The notes below the pieces were generated by a model. The model made no database searches. It was not told the DNA's origin and saw only the letters and a program-made list of their open reading frames with translations. A stretch of DNA of 64,000 bases, taken from Camelus dromedarius. Lineage: Eukaryota. This document shows, piece by piece, positions 38,542 through 51,375 of the stretch; positions within the stretch are counted from its first letter, which is position 1, and every line of letters starts with the position of its first letter. A program made the position numbers and the translations under genes. The DNA is taken from positions 22,818,001 to 22,882,000 of the forward strand of contig NC_087436.1 of assembly GCF_036321535.1 (NCBI RefSeq). Reading direction: 5' to 3'.

Positions 38542-40520
38542 AGTCAAATTCTCCAAAGAACTATTACTATTATTATCAGTCATGAAGCAAATATATTACC
38601 TCCATCTGCCTGAGTCCTTGTCTATATTCTCAATTTGTTCTAAGCTTGAGGGTGGAAAGGGGGTGTTATTTATTGATTCTTTAAACCTCCAACAGATTGT
38701 GTAGTTCTCTTGGATTAAATGAGACAGTTGCCCTATGTAAGACGTAGGACCTACAAGACAGGGGCCAGCAGGGCTGTTTGGTGAGTCTCATGTCTAAGAG
38801 GGCTCCAACTTTTGGCTAATGTCCAATGGCAACTTTGTGTAAGGAGCAGTGTACAGTCCCATCCCAAATATTGATATTTTTATCCTTGCATTACACCCTC
38901 AGTGAGTTTTTTTATGTGCCATATTGCTGATAATTACAGAAGTTATTGGCTATGATTCAAGGGGGCAGCCCCATTTCATAAATGAGAAGATGGCCAAACA
39001 CATACTTTATGTGTTTAATATGAATTAAATCATATTAATTTATGATTAACCATAAATTAAAAAAACATGAGTCAACTATCGGGGTTGATTCATATTACTT
39101 GATCACACCCACAAGTGACCCCTTTTCCTAAAGAATGGAATTAAAATTCTATGAATGGGGTTGTGAACATTTCTTCAATTAAGCAATTATTTTTTCATTA
39201 TCCTATCATAATGGGGGTTGGGATAAAAACTGTTGAAGGAGGTTTCATTCTGTATAAGGAATGTTTCACCTGCAGACATTTTTCCTCCCCAAGAAAATAG
39301 AGCCAAAGTCTCTATTATTTGGGTCCATAATGTAACATGAATTTAAAAATTACTTTGACTTAGTCAACAGAACCAACCTTGTTTCCGAGTCATTAAATGT
39401 GAATCCTTACATAATATAAAGTAGTAAATCTCATTATTGGTTATATCACATCTCCTCTTCCTGAGACCTAGAAAGATTTAACCAGTAAAGTTGAGTTCTC
39501 CCTTCTGATACATCAAGGAAAGGGACCAATGAGAAGCTGGTTATGTCCCAGTGAGCAGGAGGTAGAAGTGGTGGGACTCTGAAAATCTCTGAACCCCAGG
39601 CACCTCCCGAAGCAGCTGTGGTTGATGTTACATCCGTCCTGGCACAGCGATACCCTGAGACACAACGTGACTTCTTGAAATCTCCAGGAGATATAAAAGT
39701 TGGAAACCTGAACCATGGAAGAACCTGAACATTGGATCTTCCGTAAGATACAGACATCCAAGTAGGGCCTGACTCACGAGAGACTTCTATCTTGAGTGAA
39801 AAGATGGGTTGTGCAATTGATACAGTTTCTGTCTGCTCTTTCTTGCCTATACCCCGGAAAATGAGCTTTTTCTTTTTCTTCTGGTCATACTTGGTTTTAA
39901 AGATTATTCTGTATAGTGCAGCCATGCAAAAATACAGCAAGAGTTGAGATAAGCTGTAAATTGTTGTCTGGCCCACAGCAGTTACTCTGATAAAAGGTCA
40001 ACTATACTGCTCATAAGAACACACGTGTGCATGTACACACACACACACACACACACTCACTCACTCACTCCTGTTCACTGGAAACGACCCATGTATATTT
40101 TCACTATATAGCCTGTTGGGTTCCCTTATTTTAAAATTGTCTTTATAATAGCTTTATGTTTCTTTATTAACTTGCCCCATATTAAACTAGACTTCACAAT
40201 ATTCTGCGTGTTGCCTACTTTTATTAGTTTTACCTTATTCATGTTAAATGAAAATATTCATAACTCAATTTGTATGTGTTTCTTTCTAGGCCAGTGGTTT
40301 TTTTGGTCACCCTAATAATATTTCACAAACTATTTAAATTCTACACAGTTTTATTTGCCATTGAGCAACTTACATAAGACAACTAATTTAGGCAACATTC
40401 AGGAGAGGAAATTATTTAGCTACTTATAAACACGGCCTAAGGTGAGAATTAAGGTATAATTGTTATTATTCATCAATTTTTAAAAATCCTCACCTTTTTT
40501 CCCCATATTATTCAAATTAT

Positions 40521-40690
40521 CTATGGTTCTCAACCTGGCCACACATAAGAAGCACCTGAGTTGCTGTTAAAATTACCATTGTTAGCGCTCCACCCCAGGT
40601 CAACTGAATCCAAATCTCAGATACTATGCAAGAATAAAAATAAAAACTTCTTAGGTGATTCTAGTAGGAAGCCAGAGTTGAGAATGTTGA
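40521..40690. mobile_element. MER5B-like DNA transposon
   Basis: tggttctcaacctgg...ctccaccccag...aggtgattcta...gttgagaa. Confidence 0.7.
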
Positions 40691-42699
40691 TTTATTCCAA
40701 AGTTTGAGATCTGGCCTAAATGAAATGATTTGACTGTCCTTTCTTTGATAACTGCCATCACCAGTAAATCTGAGGATGTGAGTTGAGAATTAAAAATTAA
40801 GGGTAAAGTGACTCAAAATCTGAAAATTACCCAGATTTTATACTCTCACTAAATCTAATCAAATACCTGTATCTGAGCTTAAATTTTTTTAAATCTCCAA
40901 AATGACTTATATAGCTAGCTAGAAAGTTAGATAACACACACACACATGCACACATATATGTGTTTGTATATGTATATGATTATGTATTTCTGTTTTTCTC
41001 TCTTGGAGTGGGCCCTTGCCAACTGTCTGCTTTAATAGACAGGAATACTTCCTACTATAGATCATCATTACATGTTAGGGTCCTCGATAATGCCTGATAA
41101 GAAGGTGTGATAGCAGAAGTGGTAATAAGTTATAGCAGTCAGTTAATATCTGTTTAGTGTTTGCTATAGGAAATCACTGTCCTATGCACTGTACACAAAT
41201 GAATTTTAGCCTTCCTACTTTGTATGAATGCTTATTATCTCTGGTTTTTATGCTCCACAGAAATGCCTCTGTTGCATTATGTTTTAATGCTTTCCTTTGA
41301 ATTTTATAAAGGGTAGAAATGCCCATTTGAACACGATTGTGCTTTTTGCAAAGATGTGGTTAGACACAGTGATTACCATGTTATAATGACAATCACAATG
41401 AATGTGAATATACTGAAATCAGTTATAAGGAAAACATGTATCTCTAAAGACAAGTTGTCTTCATTTTTTTAATCACACAAAGAAAAAACTACTTAATCCA
41501 ATATGTTTCTTTTTATGCCTTATTAGGAAATTTTGACCAAATTCAGCACTCAAGAGCAGTAATTAATATACTAATGTGCTGGTCACATTTTTCTTTCTAC
41601 TCATTTTGATTTAGTTAGTCTACTTGTTTACTTTAAATTAGCCTACTTTCTATTGTATTTGATTTTGTCAATCAATACCAATTGTTTTACTGGACTAGGT
41701 GCAATACAAGTGTGAAATAAATGTCTTTAAATGACCAGGATTGCATTTCAACCCGGACCTTAGAGGAATCTCCACACTTAAGGTTAAGGCCAGAGGATAT
41801 GTTGCTCAGTCCTATGGATATAAATATTCTATTACCAAATTTAAATGCTTAGCTGAAGTAGCATTTCTCATTACTGGGGTTTCCTTGACTGATTAGTTTA
41901 TCTGTTCCTCCTTCCTCTTTCTTTCCTTTCATTATTTATTATTGAGAATCTACTATATGTGAGTCCTTTCTAAGCTTTTGGAAGATGGACAGGGTCCCTG
42001 CTTTCACAACACTTATTTCTAGTATTTAGGAAAGAACCAAGTAGCCCTGTAGAAAATATTGCCCAAAGTAAATAAATATTCCTTTCCTACATTTCCTCTG
42101 ATGGAAAAAAAAAAAGTGTATATAATCATCCCATCCCTGTCTTTTGTCACTGAAGGAAGGAATCATCTATGCCCTAAATTTTCTGGAGTCTAAGCATATT
42201 CATGTTCCTAAAAGCATACAGGAACGTCAACTGGAAAATTGAGCTTAATCGTCCACAAAGTCTGACATGGAGACAATCTGCATAGAATTCATGCTCATTT
42301 CTAAACAATGGGACTGGGCTCCTCCAAAGCAAAGGATCACTGAGTACCAGACTCCAAAGTGGCTGTATAGAGTATGACAATTGCCAATTGGAGAATACTT
42401 CAACAAACTCAATCTTTGTCAACATGCCACAGCTGCTGGCAAGTGGATTGGAGAGGCTGGTCAGCTACGTGCTGTGAGGATCAGAATTATGTGTTTGGAA
42501 TGATGGCTTTTGAGCAAATGCATGTCGAATTACAGATCACAAAGTCTTATCTGGGCAAACAGTGGTGAGAGTTCTTCACAAAAGGATAAGCCCCACATAC
42601 CCGCAATCTGGTGAGGATTTTTGGTTTCCCTTCCACAAGTTTTATTTTTCCCCCAAGGGTTGAGGAAGATAATAATTGAAGGCGGATTTTTTTTTTTTT

Positions 42700-44360
42700 C
42701 TAGGAAAGGTGGTCAGGGGAAGTATCTCTAAGAAAATGGCGTCTAAAAGCAAATGAAGAAGCAGTGGCCCTGTGAATGGTAAGGGAAGTGCATTTTAGAC
42801 ACAGGGAATAGCATGTGCAAATGTCCTGAGGAGAATGGGACTAAAGTTTGTCTCATTTGAGCATCTGAGGTGATGAGAGGAGGGTACCAGCCTGAAAAGA
42901 AGGCAGGGACAGTTCACGAAAGTCATGGAATCACTGAATGAGGTGGGTTTGGGGGTGTCTATCCCAATCAAATTTACATTTAAAATTCACTGTAACTATT
43001 GTGTTGTGTCCCATGGAGGAGGGAAGCCTCAGTCCAGTTAGGAGACTACAATATTCATCTTGCTAGGAGGGCCGGTAGACTGGACTAGGGCGGTAACAGA
43101 GGAGATACAGAGGAGAGAATACGTTTACAAGTTTTTCAAGATTGATTTAATGGAACTGGCTGATGGATCAGATCTATGGGTGGTTTGGGGGCAGTGGTGA
43201 GGAAAAGGGAGGAATCAAGCAGAACTCCTGGCTTGAGTCCCTGAGTGGGTGATAGTGCCAATCTCTATGTGACGAACACGAGAATGGGAGGAACTAGGAG
43301 CTCAGAGTCTGAGAGATTACTTTTGTGATGTCCATAAATCATCAACACGCACATGTAAATTAGGCAATGAGATGATAAGTGAGTTTGAGGCTCCAAGAAA
43401 ATAGATTCATGAATCACCTGTTATCATCAGGTATCAAAGACGATGTACCTAAAACTGGAAACAGATCACCTAAACAGAGTACAAAATGAAGAAAAGGGCC
43501 ACAGCAACCCTTGGGATCATTAGGAACCCTTAGGTGCAGAGCCCTAGGGGACCCAACATTTACACGTCAGACTGAGGAGCCAAAAGAATAGTTCTGAGGA
43601 AATCAAGAGAGGAGAGCATCTCAAGCAGGCGGCTGTGGTCGACCATGTCAAGTGTTACTGAGACGTTGCATAAAGTGAGGGCAGAAATGTTTCCATTGGA
43701 TTTGGCAAATCAGTGGTCATTGGAGGCCAGAGACATTTCAGGGAGTGATCTGGGCAGAAGACAGAATATAGCGGGTGGAGGATGGAATGGGGGGACAGTC
43801 TCGATAGCTAACACTTTTGAAAAATTTTGCTCTAAAAAGAGAGAAGAAAGGAGGTAGGAGTAGGAAGAGTAGGAAAGGTTTATTCTGGGTGATACTTGAG
43901 CATGTCTGTGTGCTGTTTGGATACTCCAGTTAAAAGGAAGTGATGAATGACGTGGGAGAGGGAGGCGACAGTCCCAGAAGCCAAGTCCTTGGCAAAGCAA
44001 AGGGGGACAAGATTCTAAGCAAAAGTGGGGTGTGGGCATTGATAGGCAGGAGGATTTTTTTCTTCATTTAAACAATGGGGAAGGATAAAATGGGGGTAAA
44101 ACTGGATTGCTTCTTGATTAGGTGGTGGGAAGATGAGGAATTTGATTCGGAAGGCCTCTTTTTTCTAATCAAATTTGAGGTGAGATGGTAAACTAAGTAA
44201 GAAACTAAAAAGTGCGTAGAAAGTGTGCCAAGAGGAAAGCTATAAACTAGTCAAAGGGGTGTGGAAAAGTGAACCTACTGGAGAAACAGTGCAGCGCTGT
44301 TGGAAGGGCCAGTATGAGATTTCCGTCACCAATTTAAAGTGAAACTGATCAGCTCAGTAG
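42700..44360 (-). mobile_element. Long degraded L2
   Basis: gggaatagcatgtgcaaatgtcctgagg, gaggaaaagggaggaatcaag, ccattggatttggcaa motifs in L2 order. Confidence 0.7.
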
Positions 44361-44366
44361 TGAGAT

Positions 44367-44397
<31 letters not shown>

Positions 44398-44964
44398 GAT
44401 AATGAATGTGAGTGGGAACTCTCCTTGACCCTTGTCACCCAAATGCTCTCCATGGTAGAACAGAATGAACTGGCTGGCCAAGCTGGTGTCACCTTCTGCT
44501 AAGCTTCATTCTTATCACACTCCGTCAAAGAGGGGAGCATTTCCAGAGAGAGGAAGCCTGTTCTGTCAAGTGTACTGAGTGGCTGGCTTCCCCAGTGTGA
44601 CCTTGATTAAGAGAATCATTAAATCCACTGAAGGAGGGGGGAGGTCTGTTGAAATCATCAATTCTGACACCTTCACTTTACAGGAGAGAAAATAGACTCA
44701 GACGGGACTGGCGTGAGTGTCCACGGGAGTCACTGGCAGCACTGTGGCAAGAGTTCAGACTAGACGATGCATATGAAAACTAGCACAGGGCCAGGCTTAT
44801 GGGGAAAGAATAAAGAGATGTTATTTTCTATCCTTTGTTCCTTACCAGTGAGCTTACCATGTGGTGAGAGAATCAGTCAATGGAAAAATAGTTGATGCCG
44901 TAACCTTGCAACAGGTCTGTGGGACTATAGTTCAATGGACATTTAGGAATTAGTATCAAATGTA

Positions 44965-45145
44965 CACTCTGCCTTGTCTATCTGCAGGTTGGTTGAATCC
45001 ACAGATTCAAAAATTGCAGATACGGAGGCTGACTGTATTTGTGGTACTACACCGTTTTATATAAGGGACTTGAGCATCCTCGTATTTTGGTATCTGGCAG
45101 CGGCTCCTGGAACCACTTCCCCTGGATGCCAAAATGAATGAGTAG
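44965..45145. mobile_element. MER2-like (Tigger family) DNA transposon fragment
   Basis: ttttatataagggacttgagcatcctcgtattttggtatc...cctggaacca. Confidence 0.75.
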
Positions 45146-46329
45146 TCATCCTGCAGGCTTGACCTAAATAGCAAATTAGGCACACAGCTGGGATTAAAAC
45201 CCTGACACCTTCCTAAGGCTATCTCCCGCAACTGTGCTGATTGTTGTTTACCAGTCCTGTGGGAATGCGCTTCATTGTAAATGGGAAACTACTCATAAAA
45301 AGCATCCTTCTAAACAGCCAGCTATACAAGGGCAGGAAGAGTGCTTGGATTCTCTCCCCTCTGGTAATTTTGACAACGTACAGTTTAAAGCTGCTTGTGT
45401 GCAACAGCTGTTACTGTCAGTCAGCATGCAATTCTCTGAACTGGCCTGTAGATACATCCATCCCCATCCCAGGTTTCTGGTGAAAGAGGACAAGATGATC
45501 TTAAAAGGGACACAAAAAGAAAAGAAGCCAGTTTAAAAATATATACCCAATGAAAAGTAATAGTTTAGAACAAAATTTGAACAACCATATGAAAAAAATG
45601 ATTAAGAAAAAGAAAAAGAAAGAGATGGATTGTGATGGAAAAGTTTTTGCTGGTTTTGGCTCAAGTCCCAAGTGAATTTTTCTAGGCTGACTTCCCACAT
45701 CTATTCAAAAAATTTCATGACATAAAGTTGTTTGGAAGGGTTGTGGCTAATAAAAAAGGTAAAGAAGCCCAAATTATATGTCAAAATTATATCAAAGACT
45801 GAAATAAGTAGAACTCACTTGATAATTCAAAAGAGCAAAAAAAGAAAAAGAAAGATTATTTTTTAACAAAGTATCCTGTTCTGAAATTTGAGAAGTTAGT
45901 AAAGGAACAAAGAGTGACGAAATAAATATCATTAGTTTCAGGCACACTCTCCAAAATATAAAAAATAAAAAAAAACCCCACAACCTTCCATTTCCATCTG
46001 CAGGACCTGCATCAGAAGTTACAGGGATTGGTGGACTCAACATTCTTCTACTTTGCTTGCAGAGCTAGTATGTGGTCTCAGAGGAGTAATACAGCCCACC
46101 AGTGTAGCATGGGAAATTGGCTTTGAAAATATAAATGAGGTAGAAGTGACTTCTGGAGAGTTGAAGTGAACAAAGAAATTTGCCAGAGGCAAATGAATTG
46201 AAGTTACGAGTCAGAGTCAAGTTAATGAACAAGCTGGTGAACAGATAAGACAAAGAGGATACCAAGGCAACAGGATAGCCCTTAAGACCTTAGCCTGGGG
46301 TCAGACTTCAAGTAATCAAAGCCCCCCCA

Positions 46330-47165
46330 CCCCTCCTGCCCTTGCTAGTTGCAGGTCCTTCTGGAATCCTTTCTTTCTTTCATACCCCATTTCAAATGCA
46401 TCAGAGAATACTGTCTGTTCCATTTTGAAAATATATCAAGGATCCAATTACTTCGCACCATGTTCATTGCCACCTTCTTGGCATAAGTCACTACCTTCTG
46501 TTTCCAAATTAAGGTTATAGTTCCTGTTTGTTCTCCTTGCTTCCATCCTGGCTCCAATACAGTCAAAATAAACGTTCAAAGATGCACAGTCTGCATGTCA
46601 GACTATGTGACTTCCCTTCATCAAACTCTCCAAAGGTGTTTCTTATCACTCAGAATAAAATCCAAGAGAATTCTTAGCCTGGACTACAAGACCCCTTACG
46701 ATCTACCTCTCATCTCTGTGATCTCATCTCCTTCACTCTATCTTTGTGTCACTCCTCTCCATCCTCACTGGCTTCTTTGCCATTCTCCAAGCACACCAAA
46801 TGCAATCTCACTTCCGGGCCACTATATTTATGGTGCCCTCTTCCTAGTGCAGCCACTGCCCTGAGTACACACATGGGCCCCTCGCTTCTTTCAGTATTTT
46901 GTTCCAAATTCACCTCATCAGAGCAGCTGATCCGGATGTAAAACAGCACCTTCTATAAAATACGTCACCCTCCTTCACTCTGCTGCCTTTTTCTTCATAA
47001 CACTTGTTTTTACCTGGCATAATCTAAAAGTTAATTTTTCTTGTTTCTTCCACCCCAAAATGTAAATTCCATGAAAGCAAGAACCTTATCTGTTTGATTC
47101 CCTGCTGTATACCCAGCTCAGTGCTCGGGTTCCAGCAGTGCTATCGGGAAAAAAGAGCATTGTGC
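46330..47165 (+). mobile_element. L2 fragment
   Basis: cactcagaataaaatccaa, aaaatgtaaattccatgaaagcaagaacc. Confidence 0.75.
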
Positions 47166-47349
47166 TAAAGGAGAACCACCAGTGCAAGGCTGGAAACAAA
47201 TGAATACCCTCCCACCCCCAAAGTGGACTTTTTATCATGAACTGGATTTCAGCTTCTCTGACATAATGACGAGTAGAAACCAAGATGTTAGAGATTATCA
47301 CTATTCTTTTCTGAACCATTTAAGATCAAGGTGAAGACAGAATACCTCA

Positions 47350-48590
47350 TCACTACTGAATACTTCAGCATACGTATCTCCCGCCCAAGGACATTCTTCT
47401 ACATAGCTACAATAAAAACATCCAGATCAGGGAATCAGCATTTGTAAGACACTACCATTCAATCCACAGATCTCATTTGTGTTTTGACAACTTTTTATTT
47501 TTCCTATCTGGTCCAGGAGCCAATACAGAATTGTTTGTTGCATTTAGTTGTCATATCTCTTAAGTCCCCTTCAATTTGAATCAAATGGTTTTTCTTTCTT
47601 TCTCTGTCTCTCATAAGCTTAAGAGTTTTAAAGAATACAGACCTTTCATTCTGTAAGAGGCTTCTCACCCTGTGTCCATCCAGTGTTTCCCCACGTCCAG
47701 GCTCAGGCCGTGCACCCTTAGCAGGATGCAGCAGAAAAGATGCTGTGCTCTGCTCAGCATATCACATCAGGAGGCACATGATGTGACTCGTTCCCTAATG
47801 GTGATGCTAATCTTGATCACCTGGTCAGTTTGGTGTCTCCCAGAGTTCTCTTCGATAAATTCACCATTTCCTACCCTGTTGTCAATAAGTACTTTTCAGA
47901 AGATACTTTAAGACTAGGCTAATGTCGTGCTTCACATCACACACCCACCCACCAGCCTTAGCCTCCATTGAGAACTCCTGCCAGAATCAACCAACACTGC
48001 CAAATGGTGACTTATTATTTCCATCAATCTTATTAGGTAGCCTTCTTCCATAAGGAAGAGCTGTCCCTTATTTTCCATTTATTTATTCAATGATTATTTA
48101 TTTTATTCACTTATATTAGCATGGATTCCCGTTTTATCCAGTATGTTGTAATCAGTTACTATCATTATTTATTTTGATGCACAAATTGCCAGATTTGGCC
48201 AGTGAGAGCTCCTTCCAGCTGACTTATGTTTCCTTTTGGCAGGTTCCCATCACGCTTTGAGTACTTCCTACAGGAGGTTCCAACTCTCTTTGTACTTTCC
48301 CAGCCTAAGCCCTGGAATCAGCCCTGGTTCCATTTAATGGAGGATTGTATTTAGAAACCAAGCTCTTCTGGCCACCTGATATGTCCATTGCTTCTAGACT
48401 CTGAATGAAAATATATATGGTGTATGTATGTGTACATATATCATGATTCCACACTCATTTTGAATCCAACACCACGAGGTTCTTTATAGTGTTCTTTCAT
48501 TCCATATTTACAAATTCCTCCTCCAACGCTAAGAACTCTGGCTCCTATTATACTATTTTACTTATTTGCCCAGTGCCCCTGTAATTAATC
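47350..48590 (-). mobile_element. Ancient L1MC-type 3' region
   Basis: aaggacattcttctacat, ttgcatttagttgtcatatctctt, gatttggccagtgagagc, tatttagaaaccaag. Confidence 0.7.
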
Positions 48591-49702
48591 CATCTCCCAG
48601 CTAGGATGCTACCTCCTGGATCTTTCCATCCCTTCAGCTGCTAATTTTTTGTTTTATAAAATATGATCTTAAAATTTTTTTTAAATTTTCTAATCGACAC
48701 ACATTGTAAATCAACTACACATCATGCATTCTTAATGACACAGATTCACTAAGTTTTGTGGCTGAAGAAAAATCGCTAAGGGATAGAGAAATTTGGGGAA
48801 CAACTTTGGTTTTAAGGCATCTGTACAGAACTTCACTGGGGGTTTTTAGCTAATGGACTCCTCTCTCAGATCTCTGGTGGTTCAGGAACCAGCAGCCAGG
48901 CAATCTCCACTTCTGCCTTCTTGGCATCAGGCACTATAAAAAGCACTGTCCCAATTGCCTAGAAGCCTCTTTACTAAAATGAATGTTAGGGAAACACACA
49001 AATCCAGCACATCCAATACCAAAGAGACAAATTCTTCTAAGTAGTTCTTCTTGTGCCTGCTTCTAATTTGGGTAGAGCTGGGATTCTTTGCTCTCCCCTA
49101 ACAGCTGCCAGCTGTTTGTACTGCCTCTGGAGAAAGGGAAGCTGTGCTGATGGACAGGTTTTGGTAAACTTACTAAGGTCCTTGGGAAAAGGTGGACTTT
49201 AATCTTCATCATGAATTGGTTCCTGGGTTCTCTGAAAGAGTGCCAGTTGGGCAGTACAATGTGGGTAACTGAGAACCAACATGAAAATTGTTTTTTGAGA
49301 CTTTATATGGCAGGTATTTCAAGCCAAGGAAACTGTTGGTGTGAAAAGATAACACCCACTCAAACATTCAATAGGCAATGAATTGTATTGTGTCACCGTT
49401 TTAAGAACACTACTCTAGAGGGGCTGTCCTCTCTGTTGACTAGTTGTGATCTCTGTGCACAACTAGAGAATACACTGTAAACAATAATAATCCTAACAAA
49501 CCTGCCTTACCACTGATGCCCTAAATCCTCGGTTACCCGTCATGACAACCAGAATAAGCACAGTAAAGAAATATCTCACCCAATTCCTTTTTTTTTTTTT
49601 TTTTAACAGAGTTAGAAAACACTCATTCTATAGGGAAACAAACGTCACGTGTTTGCTGCCAGATGGGAAGAAAGAAGCCTATTTCTATGCTCATCCTAAC
49701 AG

Positions 49703-49842
49703 AGTGGTCACCACCAGGGAACTTGCTAGAAAAGCATATTCTCATGTACTGAATGAGAAACTGCGGCAGGACCCAGCAGTCTGAGTTTGAACAACCCTCA
49801 AGTGATGCTGATGTTCACTGAAGTTTGATAGTCACTGCCCTA
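49703..49842. mobile_element. MER5A fragment
   Basis: cccagcagtctgagtttgaacaaccctcaagtgatgctgatg...aagtttga. Confidence 0.6.
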
Positions 49843-50873
49843 GGAATTCCAGGCGTGGTGTTGGAAGGACGTCGCTAACAACTAGCCTTACCCTGTTGGC
49901 CGTAGGATGGATAATTAGGGGGTTCACTGCAGTTCCTCCTGCAAGTGGTAGGGTTGTTTGCGAGACACACACACACACATTTCTCTACATTTAAGACGCA
50001 GGAAGTTGTTCCTCTCCTCATGGGTCAAGGGATCGCTTCCCCTTTTGCCTCCAACTGGACCAAGTCTCAGACTGGGTTGAAAATGAGACCCGGCAGGGGT
50101 CGCTGCTGCCCGTAAAGAGAAACCGAGGGAGCGTGGCAAGCGAAGCCCAGAATCTTTGACATCACACTAGGCTCCTCCTTGCATGCACACATTAGATACA
50201 CACACAAACATATACAGACACACACACGCACAGACCGCGTAGTCTTCTCTGCCCGCTTGCTCCGGCTACCCCGAGCCGGGCCCTCCCGCGGCAAGTGTGT
50301 GGCGGGCGCAGCCGGCGGCGCGGCGAGGACCCGAGCGCCCGCAGCCGGAGGGAACCGGGGCGCAGCAGTGGCGGCCGCCGCGCCCGCAGCCGGAGCCGCT
50401 CGCCCGAGCGCTCGGCGACGGTGGCCCGGACACCTCAGCAGCACTCCGGGCTTCGAGCAGCCGCGCCCGCCCCCGCCGGGGCTGCAGGGCGCCCGGACGC
50501 CACCCCGCAAGCTCCCGGGCCCCCTGCCACCCCTATGAGAGAAGGAGAAGCCCGGCGAAGGAGCAGGACGCTTGGCCTCTGGACTCCGCCGCAATCCCGA
50601 AGCGCCCCCTCCGCCCGCACCCCTCCGGCGCCCGCGAAGCGAGATGCAACTGCCGCGCTCCGGCTGAGAGGGAAGGGGGCCGGCGCCATCCGCTCGCTCG
50701 GAATCCGGTCCCCGCGGCGGCTGCGCGTCCCGGCCGCGTCCCCTTGGGCCCGGGAGTGAGCAGGAGCAGAAGGAGGAGGAGAGGCGGCCGGCCCGGGGTT
50801 GGCCGGGGCTGGGGAGGAGGGACGGCGCGGGGGGAGCGCGCGGGGGGCGGGGAGGGGGCCCCGGCGGAGAAAG

Positions 50874-51375
50874 ATGGCAATGTCTCTCATCCAAGCGTGC
50901 CGCAGCCTGGCTCTCTCAACATGGCTGCTTTCCTTTTGTTTCGTGCATCTGCTCTGCCTGGACTTCACAGTGGCCGAGAAGGAGGAATGGTACACCGCCT
51001 TCGTGAACATCACCTACGCCGAGCCCGCGCCGGACCCCGGGGCCGGGGCGGCGGGCGGCGGCGGCGGCGGCGGCGGCACCACAGCCGAGCTGCACACGGA
51101 GAAGACCGAGTGCGGGCGCTACGGGGAGCACTCGCCCAAGCAGGACGCCCGCGGGGAGGTGGTCATGGCCAGCTCGGCCCACGACCGCCTGGCCTGCGAC
51201 CCCAACACCAAGTTCGCCGCCCCAGCCCACGGCAAGAACTGGATAGCCCTCATCCCCAAGGGCAACTGCACGTACAGAGATAAGATCCGGAACGCGTTCC
51301 TGCAGAACGCCTCCGCCGTGGTCATCTTCAACGTGGGCTCCAACACCAACGAGACCATCACCATGCCCCACGCAG
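50874..51375 (+). CDS. RNF150: RING finger protein 150, first coding exon (signal peptide and PA domain); partial CDS, phase-1 intron follows
   Basis: aagATGg Kozak context; MAMSLIQACRSLALSTWLLSFCFVHLLCLDFTVAEKEEWYTAFVNITY...WIALIPKGNCTYRDKIRNAFLQNASAVVIFNVGSNTNETITMPHA; donor CAG|GTAAGC at 51375/51376; sequons NIT, NCT, NAS, NET. Confidence 0.97.
51054..51077 (+). repeat. RNF150: Coding (GGC)8 polyglycine repeat
   Basis: Eight consecutive GGC codons. Confidence 0.95.

Noticed and set aside
39446..39976. 176-aa minus-strand ORF
   Set aside because: No recognisable protein family and no pseudogene hallmarks such as poly(A) or TSD.
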